A stretch of 63,654 bases of DNA, filler included, from Octopus bimaculoides (taxonomy: Eukaryota): assembly GCF_001194135.2 (NCBI RefSeq). It is 4 parts of 4 records of this genome, joined end to end, with 100 filler letters (N's around TTAATTAATTAA, not from the genome) between each part and the next. Parts side by side here need not be neighbours in the genome. Positions count along the whole stretch, not along the records: positions 42,774 to 58,997 come from NC_068984.1; positions 59,098 to 63,654 come from NC_069008.1; 2 more parts are not named here. One strand, 5' to 3'. Of this stretch, positions 49,199-61,400 are shown piece by piece; the stretch's first letter is position 1, and each line of letters begins with the position of its first letter. Position numbers and translations under genes: made by a program. A model generated the notes under the pieces. It made no database searches. It saw nothing but the letters and a program-made list of their open reading frames with translations, and was not told the origin of the DNA.

Positions 49199-49380
49199 GG
49201 CGGTGAGCTGGCAATATCATAAGCAGACCGGGCAAAATGCCCTGAGTTCAAATTCTGCCGAGGTCGACTTTACCTTTAATCCTTTCGGGGTCGATAAAAA
49301 AAGCGCCAGAGGAACTCTGGGGTCGATGTAATCGACTTACCCACTCCCACGAACTTGCTGGCCTTGTGCCAAAATTTGAA
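49199..49380 (+). mobile_element. tRNA-derived SINE family C; other copies about 13560-13765, 32640-32830, 37840-37945, 48135-48310, 48790-48980, 50240-50390 (-), 35520-35730, 50510-50690 (+)
   Basis: ggcggtgagctggca..gagttcaaattc..gaggtcgactttgcctttcatcctttcggggtcgataaaa..ggccttgtgcc. Confidence 0.85.
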
Positions 49381-49519
49381 ATGTATATACATTAATATTC
49401 CAGTGTGTTTTCCGGTATTTATGTGTATGTTTGCGAGTTATAATGTTGTGCACACATCTATGTACACTCTTTACTATGTTAGTTCTTTCTTGTATAGATG
49501 ATTTGATTCTGTTCCTTAC

Positions 49520-49684
49520 CTGTTAAAACTGTCCGATATATCATCGTCACCTGCCGTGAAAGCCTTCCTCAACTGCCGAGGTACCATAGGTGACTGGATA
49601 TTATTGGAACCTTGTGAAGAACGGTCTCGTCTTTTAGTAGAGAACCTGCTCACAAATGATGTATTGTTTTTCCAGCGTGGCTCC
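49520..49684 (-). CDS. KCNQ: KCNQ internal exon, helix A-B linker (EPRWKNNTSFVSRFSTKRRDRSSQGSNNIQSPMVPRQLRKAFTAGDDDISDSFN)
   Basis: ctttacag acceptor, 165 nt, GTAAGG donor; phase 2-2 matches the previous exon; KNNTSFVSRF resembles the recalled insect KCNQ linker KHNTSFVARL. Confidence 0.85.
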
Positions 49685-51317
49685 CTGTAAAGATAGTAAA
49701 AGATATAATAACATAAAACTAGGACACTTTTCATTAAATGTATTATGTTCAATAAACTGTACATATGCCTTCGAAAGTAAAAAAATATGTAAAGCAAGTA
49801 AATGATAATGTGATAGAGGAAAAAGACGAAAAGAAAGTAGAAAAAAATGTTCTCTATCAATTGCAAATATTATTGAATAGCTCCAAATATACAGATAATG
49901 AAAGTGAAAGGGAGTCTTGCTCAGGTCTCCTCACTATCTGCAAATCTATAAAGAACGCAAACCAGTGCTCAACGTTTCATCTGAGGATGCACATAAGCCA
50001 TATCGACAGAACATCGATGCAAAAATACTGAAAGTAATTGTGAGGGATATTTTATGGCTGTAACAGACTAACCCTTAAAGTCTCAGCTAGAATATGTACA
50101 ATAGACTCCAAACACCGAAACATCTACAATGATCTATAAACCTATTATAACATCATCCTATAAATATCATCTCCCCACTCAGTCGAGACAAACATAAAAA
50201 TATCCATATAACACCCACACACCTACACACACACACGGAGAATTTATCAACTGGTACTCAATTTTCGACCCGGAAAAGATGAAAGACAAAGTTGACCTCG
50301 GCAGAATTTGATCTCAGGACGTAAAAATAAACGAGGCACTGCTTAGCATTTTGCCCGGTGTGCTAACAATTCTACCCGCTTGTCGGCTTGCAATTCCCAC
50401 ACATACACACACATAACACCAGTAGTTATAGCTTCAATAGTCTAAAACCTGCACTGTGATGCACAACATTAGTAAATAGAAATACAGATTAAACAGCCAT
50501 GACGAAGACTGTGGACTGTCGATAAGTGAATATTATGTCTTTACGTTGTCAGTTCAAATTCCACCGAGGTCGACTTTGCCTTTCATTCTTTTGGGGTCGA
50601 TATAATAGGTACTAGTTGAGTACTGAGATCGATGTAAGAGGCTTACTCCGCTTCCGAACTTGATGGTCTTGTGCCAACATTTGAAACCGATATAAAATAC
50701 GTATGAATTTGAGAAAAAATAAAATATTTATCATAATTCGATAAAAGTTAGATGAATTTGTTAAAATAAATATTTATTTTGATTTAATATAAATTGTATA
50801 CTAATGCGAAGGCTCATGGCCTTGGTTATGGTGTTGCACTCATAATCGCAAGATCGTAGTTTTGGTGGGGCGTTATACTCTTGAGCAAAGCATTCCTTTT
50901 CATGTTGCCTCCACCCAGCTTAAATGACTAACCTTGAGATAGACTGGCATCCAGTTCAGAGGAAGTGTTCTGATCTCTGTCACTTATACGCTATGAAACC
51001 CGGGTTATTGGCCCAGTAACTCCCAGGACTCGATGTATTAATGATCAGGGGACTTGTTCCAGATAACTCATGAATCTGTAAAATTCACTATCTTTATTTT
51101 CTCAGCCCAAACATCCTCTCCATAGGATCATATCCACTTGGAATCCGTCCAATATTCTACAAAGGTTCAACACTCCTGATTCAGACATCGGATTTAGATT
51201 ATTTATTTAACAGGGATCATTTAAGGTACTATGGACAGAAAGATCTTATGGTTTAGGTTGGTAGGCCCTCAGACACTGGACAAGTACAGTTTGTCGATTA
51301 CAGTTTTCTATATTTAC

Positions 51318-51380
51318 GTGGTAGGGCTCGGACAATGTATCATGTGACGTTTCCACGTAGCAACGGACATAGAATTGTCA
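51318..51380 (-). pseudogene. Duplicated 3' part of the KCNQ helix-A exon (DNSMSVATWKRHMIHCPSPT) with its own GTAAAT donor
   Basis: 5 differences from 51905-51967; part of a block repeated at an offset of about 586 bp. Confidence 0.85.
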
Positions 51381-51904
51381 TGAAATGAAGTGCTTTGCTG
51401 AAGAGCATAACGCCCCACCTGGTCTGGGAAAAGAAACCACGATCTTACGATCGAGAATGCAACACCCTAACCAAGGTCATGAGCCTTCACATATGTATGT
51501 AATTTATATTAATTCAAATAAATCTTAACAAATCTTAATAAATTCATAAGCATCTAACTTATATCAAATTATATGCTATGAAACCCGGGTTATCAGCCCT
51601 GTGACTCTCAGGACTCGATATAGTAGAAATAATCACCAGGGATTTACTTTACGTACTTCACGAATTTGTGAAATTAAAGATTCACTATCTGTTTTTTTTT
51701 ACAGTACAAACACCCTCCCAAAAGGATCATACCCACTTGAAATTCGTCTGATGTTTTACAAAGGTTCAACATTCCTGATTTAGACATCGGATTGAAACTA
51801 ATTATTTAATAGGGATCGGTAAGATCACGTGGTTTACATTAGTAGACCCTCAGACACTGGGCATACACAAATTGCCGATTACGGTTAGTGTTACTTATAC
51901 TTAC

Positions 51905-52089
51905 GTGGTAGGGCTCGGACAAGGTGTCATGTGACGCTTCCACGTAGCAATGGACATAGAATTTTCATCGGCTGCATAGCTACGCCACACGCACTGGATC
52001 AACATGGCTGCGGGCACTCGACGCCTATTAAGGTGCTTCTGTCGCTGCTGTTGCTGCACCTTGAGCGCAAAGCCGGATCCTAGTATTCC
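51905..52089 (-). CDS. KCNQ: KCNQ (Kv7) potassium channel internal exon: end of S6 plus helix A/IQ ([61 protein letters not shown])
   Basis: ctaattccag acceptor, 185 nt, GTAAGT donor; [12 protein letters not shown] and LIQxxWRxY are KCNQ signatures; phase-0 start at GILG as in KCNQ1. Confidence 0.96.
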
Positions 52090-54019
52090 CTGGAATTAGT
52101 AAAATAGAAGCAAAACCAAAACAGAAACAGATACAAATGTCAAAAAACAAACAAACAAACAAACAAAACAAAACAAAAGAACAAAAAACGCGCACACTCA
52201 TCCATTCTTTCATGCATGCACTTCAAGTCAGAGCATCTTTAACTCTTTAGCATTTAAACCGGACACATCTGGCCGAAATATTCTACCTCTTTTACGTTCA
52301 AACTGGTCAGATCCAACATTTCACACCTATTCTACAATGTCATTCTGAAAATAAACAATCACATCAGCAAATTCTTGATGCCACAAGATAATGTGTGATT
52401 AACTGAAAACAGTGTTAATGAACAATCATTACATTTGACAGAATAATCTGAATGGTAAGAGGTTAAATGCTTGGCCCTCGAGGTCAAACTACTCAAGCGT
52501 TATGGTTTACCACAAAAAGAATAAAACGAAAAAAACAAATATGCAAAACTTCAACAAATAAAACGGAAAACGATTTAGTTGAGAGTTGAAGTGATAGGAA
52601 TTTTTTCCTATCATATTTTGTAGCAATATTAATCTCCGTTTAAAGGGAAAACAAATCTAGAAAAGAACAAAAATCAGAAGTTTGCCCAATCAGATTCGAA
52701 AATCTATTCTCTTACTTGCTACGATGTAAATGATTCTTTGCTTCATAAGTACAAGACTTCAGATTTGTAACCGAAATTATTTTGCACTAGATACTTTAGA
52801 AGCATAACCGAGAACATAAAACCTAAACTGGCCATAGAATTATGAACGGGGACGCAGTTTGTCACTCTATCCATATATGAGCATTAGAGACTACAGAAGA
52901 GTTTCTAAATAATCATTCTATCAGCTAGTAATAGCAGCCGAACCTTGGATAATGTAGTTCTACATACCCCTAAATAGATGGTATGTTTACAACAGAAATG
53001 CATTTAATCATAGATATGGTGGATGAAAGCCGACAAACAGCTATATACCATAGCAAACAACATAAATTACAGTAAGGCTTATTGATTGATGACGATAAGA
53101 AGTTTATCTCTCTTGTGAAGGAATTATTCGTTAATATTTCCAAATTTCCTTTAGGATCATTCACAAAAGCGATAAAACGATAAGTACCAGGCCCTATAGC
53201 AAATCTCGTTGATTTGTTATGCGGGCCAAGCACTCAACCGGATTCCTTATTGAAGTTGGATATTGCGGTTTCTCAGCAACACCAGTGCACTATTTCTTGC
53301 AGAAGATTGGTTTGGAATCTAAATAACCGAAGAAGGCTACCGAAGAGATAGTCATAGCATCTGATACTTGCTCAAGGTGGCTGTACTTGACAAGAGAACG
53401 CAAAGGGAACCAGTTTGCGGGTGAAAGTCAATTTGTTCCTCGCTGCCCCACTCTGGCAAAACGTATAGGTTAAAAAGACTAAAAGCTTGTGATTTTGAGA
53501 TATCTGTAGAATATACAAAAGGACTTTCAACGATGCGAATACTTTAGTCGCTATCAAAAGAGTTAGCAACATTTCTAAATTGCTCTTGTATTTTCTGTTT
53601 TGGGAAAAGCATCTCTGATGTTTATTTAACCTGCAGTATAAAGCAATAATTTGGAATTTCCTGAACTTTGAATTCTGATTGAAAAGTTGAATATTTTAAG
53701 ATCGTAAATAGGTAAAACTGCCCAGGGCTAACAGAATTAGAATGTGAGGAGGACTGAACCATTGCAATGAAGTGGTGCATGATGCTGATAAGTACCAAAA
53801 ACATTAAAAAAAAAACTCGATTGACATCCAATTTGCAAGTTGATCTTCCTTGCAGCTATTGTTTGTGAAGTGACGTTAAAAGAGGAGTTAGAATGCTGCT
53901 GGGGGNNNNNNNNNNNNNNNNNNNNNNNNNNNNNNNNNNNNNNNNNNNNNNNNNNNNNNNNNNNNNNNNNNNNNNNNNNNNNNNNNNNNNNNNNNNNNNN
54001 NNNNNNNNNNNNNNNNNNN

Positions 54020-54056
<37 letters not shown>

Positions 54057-54144
54057 CGCACATTTATACATACAATTGATGTAAACACAAACGATTTAAA
54101 TCTAAACAGCAACTGGCTTAAATATACACATTTGTGTATGCTTT

Positions 54145-54228
54145 CTTTCTTCCTCCCTCCCTTCCTTCCTTCCTTCCTTCCTTCCTTCCTTCCTTCCTTC
54201 CTTCCTTCCTTTGTCTCCCTCTTCCCCC

Positions 54229-54260
<32 letters not shown>
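54145..54260. repeat. (CTTC)n, (CT)n and (TA)n microsatellites
   Basis: direct reading. Confidence 0.95.
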
Positions 54261-54851
54261 GTTTACTTATGTGTGTGTGTATGTCTACCTTTTGCTGCAA
54301 AGTTCAAAGGCACTTTGTCAGGCTACGTAGAGTAAAGAACTCAAAGAAGCCTGAGTGGTGGCGCGTTTAATTCATAACTGTGAATTAACCTAAATCTATT
54401 TTGTTGGGTACACAGATGCAGATTAAACATACACACACATATACATATATATATGTATACATACACACATAAACACAAATGCACACATATATAGGTATAT
54501 ATAAATATATTTATTCATGTATACATATATATATGCATGTATATATATATACATTCATATATGCATTTGTATATCTGTCTGTTTATGTATGTATATATTC
54601 ATAAATTATGTATGTATGTATGTGTATGTACGCGCGCGCCTATATGCAATTATCTTCTTGAATTTTACAAAAGTTCTTTTATTTTAAATCTTACATTTTT
54701 TTTCAGAATCTCGGCAAAAAAATCTAAGAGTTGGAACAATAGTACTTCTGTAAATCTCAAGAACATAATAATAACGCAACTATTTTATATATAGTTGTTT
54801 TGAATCGTTTAACCTATGGCTTGTCTTCTAAATTTTCCAATTAAGATAGCC

Positions 54852-54893
<42 letters not shown>

Positions 54894-55208
54894 GTGTGTG
54901 TATATATGCGTGCATGTATATGTATGCGTGCATGTATATGTATGTGTGCATGCATATGTATATATATATANNNNNNNNNNNNNNNNNNNNNNNNNNNNNN
55001 NNNNNNNNNNNNNNNNNNNNNNNNNNNNNNNNNNNNNNNNNNNNNNNNNNNNNNNNNNNNNNNNNNNNNNNNNNNNNNNNNNNNNNNNNNNNNNNNNNNN
55101 NNNNNNNNNNNNNNNNNNNNNNNNNNNNNNNNNNNNNNNNNNNNNNNNNNNNNNNNNNNNNNNNNNNNATATACATATATATGGATATGTATTTGTGCAC
55201 ACGCGCAT

Positions 55209-55258
<50 letters not shown>

Positions 55259-55933
55259 ATGTGTGTCTGTAATACGTTTTTAATTATTTGAATTCTTCTC
55301 ATAAGGACGGAACTAACGTCTAAATATTTTAACGGTGGAACTTTGATAGCATGATGGTAATTAGAAAAATATTGCGTTTTTTTTTACTGATTAGCTTATA
55401 GATTATATTTGCGAAATGCTTGTTAGATTGGCCTTTTCTTTCCTTGAAAACCTCAACATATTGAATTTATGACTTTACTAGCAAGGTCAAATGCACTCAT
55501 AACTATAAATGCGAATTTATAATCTGAGTAGGCAAACTACATATTTCGAAGCAGTAGGTTGTAAATATTCTCTTTCAAACCATAACATAATCTATTTTCT
55601 GTTCCAGATAGCTGCATCAAACCCGTTACGTTTTAACTTAGCATTTTCTCAGCATGATTATGTAGTTAAGATAATATATAATGTTGTGTTTCGAAGCTGT
55701 TGTTTGTAAATATTCTCTTTCTAACCATACATAATTTATTTTCTGATTCAGACAACTACATCAAGCCCCTTACATTTGGACTTATTATTTTCTCTGCATG
55801 ATTATGTAGATAAAACAATTTACAATGTTATCTTGCGGATGATTTGAAAGGCAATGCCTTAATGACAGGTTCGAGCAGCTACTGAGCATGTGTAGTATCT
55901 CGCATAGAAATAAATATAATTGAAATTTTCAGT

Positions 55934-55988
<55 letters not shown>

Positions 55989-57754
55989 TATTTATATTAT
56001 ATATATACATATATAATTTATATTTTATATACATATATATGTGTGTGTATGTTTGCATGTCTATATTTGTCCCTCCACCATCGCTTGTCAACCGATGTTG
56101 GTGTGTTTACGTCACCGTAACCTAAGCGGTACGGCGAAAGACACCGATAGAATAAGTACTAGGCTTACAAAGATTAAGTCCTAGGGTCGATTTGTATGTT
56201 CTAGTCAAACTGTTTGCCGGACTCACAGGTAATGGTGGAGGGCCAAAGCTGGGGGACTGGTGATTATAGTCATGATGGGGCACACATGAAAGGAAGTACA
56301 TCCTATCATACCTGCGTAATGGATATATAATACTGTACACTTCGATTAATATATCCACTCAACTGACAGTTATACGAGTACATTTTTTCCTGACTTATTG
56401 TCTCTTAGACGCCTTCCACACACACACACACACACACGTTTTGATTTTTTAAGCCAAAACAATGCAAGTTGTAAGAAATAATACAAGTCGATGGTTTGTA
56501 CTTTTACCTTGTTTCAATAATTTGGGGGTTAGGCCACCTGTTGCAGAACATTTTTTATATTCATAATTAGCGGTGGAATTAATAGCACAGGAGATAAAGT
56601 GAAAAGTAATTGCGATTATTTGTTTAAAATTCAAAGATTAATAAAGTTGAAATGTCTTTAGCGGTATCTACTTAAAAGAAGGAAGTGCAGAGGAAAGAAA
56701 GAAAAAGATGTAACAAAGAAAGGCATTGTTCTATGTTGAGTCATTCTGAAAATGACAGAGATAAGAAGACTGAGAGTGTTCCGGAAGGAAGGGGATTTAT
56801 GAGTGCAACTGAAACAAGGAATCAGTTGTATGCAAATTTTGTATGTGTGCGCGTTTCACTCTGTGCGTTGTGAACCAAGTATATATAGGCTAATATGTAG
56901 GAGTGCATAGTTGTAACGTGTGCACTTCTGCGTGTTTTTGCAGTGTGAGTATTGCAGTATGCTTGTTATTTTCAGTGTTACTAAAACGCGTGCACCTTTA
57001 TGCACCCCCCCACACATATATATGTATCTGTTAAATATATATATATATAGAGCGAACACGACACAATGAAGTAGAGAAATTTGAAAAGACAACACGAAAC
57101 CGGTTATTTCTCAAAATACAATGTTTATATACCAAAAAGGTTTTATAACATTTTTCTAACATTTTCTAACATTTTTCTGACATAATTTAAATATATACTT
57201 TAACCATGTAACACAAGCCTTCTGTAGTTTTTTCACTCTTATTATCTTTTATATATATATATATATANNNNNNNNNNNNNNNNNNNNNNNNNNNNNNNNN
57301 NNNNNNNNNNNNNNNNNNNNNNNNNNNNNNNNNNNNNNNNNNNNNNNNNNNNNNNNNNNNNNNNNNNNNNNNNNNNNNNNNNNNNNNNNNNNNNNNNNNN
57401 NNNNNNNNNNNNNNNNNNNNNNNNNNNNNNNNNNNNNNNNNNNNNNNNNNNNNNNNNNNNNNNNNNNNNNNNNNNNNNNNNNNNNNNNNNNNNNNNNNNN
57501 NNNNNNNNNNNNNNNNNNNNNNNNNNNNNNNNNNNNNNNNNNNNNNNNNNNNNNNNNNNNNNNNNNNNNNNNNNNNNNNNNNNNNNNNNNNNNNNNNNNN
57601 NNNNNNNNNNNNNNNNNNNNNNNNNNNNNNNNNNNNNNNNNNNNNNNNNNNNNNNNNNNNNNNNNNNNNNNNNNNNNNNNNNNNNNNNNNNNNNNNNNNN
57701 NNNNNNNNNNNNNNNNNNNNNNNNNNNNNNNNNNNNNNNNNNNNNNNNNNNNNN

Positions 57755-57786
<32 letters not shown>

Positions 57787-57820
57787 TTACTTTATTTAAA
57801 AGCAGCAGAAATATACAAAA

Positions 57821-57866
57821 AAAACTGTTATTCGGAGTTTCACATTCCCGTTCATCGGACAGTTTT
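57821..57866 (-). ncRNA. Degenerate minimal hammerhead motif next to the Penelope fragment
   Basis: AAAACTGT-CCGATGA-ACG(GGAA)TGT-GAA-ACTCCGAAT-A-ACAGTTTT; core U-to-C change and a helix III mismatch. Confidence 0.5.
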
Positions 57867-57879
57867 ATTAGATATATAT

Positions 57880-58445
57880 TTTTTTGTTATATTTCTGCTG
57901 CTTTAAAGGGTTGGCGTGGCTTGAGGTAAATATGGATAGCAGTGAGATTGGACTGGAGAATTCAGAATGTGCTTTGGATAGTGTAGTGGCTGGGTAAGAT
58001 GGAAGGAGAGTACGTGAAGGAGGAAGGAAGATGTCTGGAGGTGTAGAGGACGTGGAAGAGAAGGAAAAAGTGCAGTCGAATTAATGGGTGTGAGAGCACG
58101 ACTCGGACTAGAGCGATGGGGAATCTGCAGAGAGTGAAATACTGAACTATTATATGAGATTGAAATCACGGCCGCTGTTACAGAGACGATGGAAGCGGGG
58201 TAACTGAGTCGATGGATGATGTTTGCTAAGGTGAGGTGGGACTTGGTAAAATCGAGGCGGGAGTGAGAGCCGATAGGTTTCTAGCAGTTAAAAATGATAA
58301 GGTTTAAGGGGTGGGTGATTGATGGTGACAGAGATGTTGATGAAGTTAAGTGCAGTGACAGGAATAGACAGTGAATTCTAAGTAAGGGTGAAACGAGTTA
58401 ATGAAAGATATGAAAATGCTGTGTTGTTCGTTGGAGACGCCATTG
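57880..58445 (-). mobile_element. Degenerate Penelope-like element, RT C-terminal region
   Basis: - strand frames give FINSFHPYLEFT, LNFINISVTI, KPIGSHSRLDFTKSH, SQLPRFHRLC. Confidence 0.7.
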
Positions 58446-61400
58446 GCGCCGATTCAGTCATGAACGTGACGACCACATAGCCCGGGTGTGGGGACGGGGA
58501 TACGTGAGACATATGTCTGCCACAACATAACTAATAAATAAATACGTCAACATGTGTGTGCACACACATATACACATACACATGCACACACGAGACAAAC
58601 ATTCATATATACACACACGTGTATATGTGTATGTATGTATATATATGTTTGTGAATATGTGTGTATATATATATTTTGCGCACAGACTTAGATATATAAC
58701 CGTACAAACATGCACTTGCATATATTTACGTATATGCAAAATTCAAATACACGCATACATAACACACACATAAATATGTATATATAAGCTCTCACCATAG
58801 AAACCAATATGCATGAATACATAGATACATACAAATGTACATCCATAAATATTTACAAATTTAGATACACAGGTACATCCATACATATATATATGTATTT
58901 ATACATATATATGTGTGTGAGTGTATTTATGTATGCATGTATGATGCATAGATATATACACACACATACACACATGTATATATATATATATATATATNNN
59001 NNNNNNNNNNNNNNNNNNNNNNNNNNNNNNNNNNNNNNNNNTTAATTAATTAANNNNNNNNNNNNNNNNNNNNNNNNNNNNNNNNNNNNNNNNNNNNCAT
59101 ATAAAATGAGTAAAACAGCCAGATTTAAATCTCTGAATGAGATATAAGTAGTAACTATACTTCATAGTAAAATCTATTTGCCAATGTAGGGTGATAGTCC
59201 TGCATAGGACCATATTATTACCTTTTAACCCCAGGAAAACATCTTTTCCAGCTGGTTATCTGTGTCTGAAATATACTGTGGACAAGGCAGTGTACTACCC
59301 TCACCTAGCCACTATCAGAACCAACAGACCAATGGTTTCTGGGTAATTTCTCATCCTCAGTGCTGGACAACTCCTATCTTTATTAGGTACTACGGCCCAA
59401 ACACAGAGGGGGTACACGTGGGGTACATTTAACGAATGGATTATAAAATGAAAGGATGAAATGGCTTATGAGCCACCCAAAGCTCGCAGATGGTGTGTTG
59501 ATAACTAGCTGTAAAAGATGTTTTCCTGGGGTTAAAAGGTTGTAATGTGGTCCTATGCAAGACTGCCACCTTATGTTGGCAAATAGATTTNNNNNNNNNN
59601 GTGTGTGTGTGTGTGTGTGTGTGTTTGTGTGTTCATGTCTGTATTTGTCCTCTCATGGCCACTTGACAACTGGTGTTGATGTGTTTATGTCCCTGTAAAA
59701 GAAACAGATAGTATAAGTACTAAACTTCCGAAAAAAAGTCCTGGGGTCGATTTGTTCAACTAAAACTCTTCAAGGAGGTGCTCCAGCATGGCCGCAGTCA
59801 AATGACTGAAATAAATAAAAGAATAAGAGAATACTTTGGTTGGATATGGCTGGTTTAAATGTTAAAGGGTTAAAAACTTTTGGTAATGCTAGGGGCTGAG
59901 ACTATGTTGAGTGATAAAAAGGGAGTTTGTGACAATCAAAATAGTTTCTTAATAGAAACAGAGACATCATGAAATGTTGTATTGATACAGTCTGTTAGTA
60001 AAAACAGAGCAAACATTTAAAGGTCCCGATGAGAGCATTGGATCAGTGAACAGGGGTAATATGTCAAATTTGTTGATGGTGCTAAGCAAATATGATGGAC
60101 AGAGAGCCAGCCAAGAGATTTCGTTGACAATGCTACAACTTTCTGCGGATCATCATCATCATCTTTGTCATCATCGTCATCATCATCATTACCACCAACA
60201 TTATTGTCCTCCTCCTCACCGNNNNNNNNNNNNNNNNNNNNNNNNNNNNNNNNNNNNNNNNNNNNNNNNNNNNNNNNNNNNNNNNNNNNNNNNNNNNNNN
60301 NNNNNNNNNNNNNNNNNNNNNNNNNNNNNNNNNNNNNNNNNNNNNNNNNNNNNNNNNNNNNNNNNNNNNNNNNNNNNNNNNNNNNNNNNNNNNNNNNNNN
60401 NNNNNNNNNNNNNNNNNNNNNNNNNNNNNNNNNNNNNNNNNNNNNNNNNNNNNNNNNNNNNNNNNNNNNNNNNNNNNNNNNNNNNNNNNNNNNNNNNNNN
60501 NNNNNNNNNNNNNNNNNNNNNNNNNNNNNNNNNNNNNNNNNNNNNNNNNNNNNNNNNNNNNNNNNNNNNNNNNNNNNNNNNNNNNNNNNNNNNNNNNNNN
60601 NNNNNNNNNNNNNNNNNNNNNNNNNNNNNNNNNNNNNNNNNNNNNNNNNNNNNNNNNNNNNNNNNNNNNNNNNNNNNNNNNNNNNNNNNNNNNNNNNNNN
60701 NNNNNNNNNNNNNNNNNNNNNNNNNNNNNNNNNNNNNNNNNNNNNNNNNNNNNNNNNNNNNNNNNNNNNNNNNNNNNNNNNNNNNNNNNNNNNNNNNNNN
60801 NNNNNNNNNNNNNNNNNNNNNNNNNNNNNNNNNNNNNNNNNNNNNNNNNNNNNNNNNNNNNNNNNNNNNNNNNNNNNNNNNNNNNNNNNNNNNNNNNNNN
60901 NNNNNNNNNNNNNNNNNNNNNNNNNNNNNNNNNNNNNNNNNNNNNNNNNNNNNNNNNNNNNNNNNNNNNNNNNNNNNNNNNNNNNNNNNNNNNNNNNNNN
61001 NNNNNNNNNNNNNNNNNNNNNNNNNNNNNNNNNNNNNNNNNNNNNNNNNNNNNNNNNNNNNNNNNNNNNNNNNNNNNNNNNGAATCAAGAAATGACCATG
61101 AGAAAACTTATGAAAGTATCAGCCACTTGGAATTATGCCTCAAGACTTGTTTGTAAAGAATATCTTATTACTATATTCTGAAAAATGAGAGATCCTCAAT
61201 CTGAATGGCATCATATAATGAAAGCTTCTCATTTACTTCCCAAAAATATCCTTTTAGTGTAGTCTTGCATGATTTTCTCTTCTTTGTATAAGATTTCTTT
61301 TATTTATTGATAACATTTAAAGAGAAAGAAATGGAGTGTTGGGGGTGGGGTGGGGGTGAAAGAGAGAAAATAAGAGGAAAAAAGAAAAGAAAAAGGGTGG

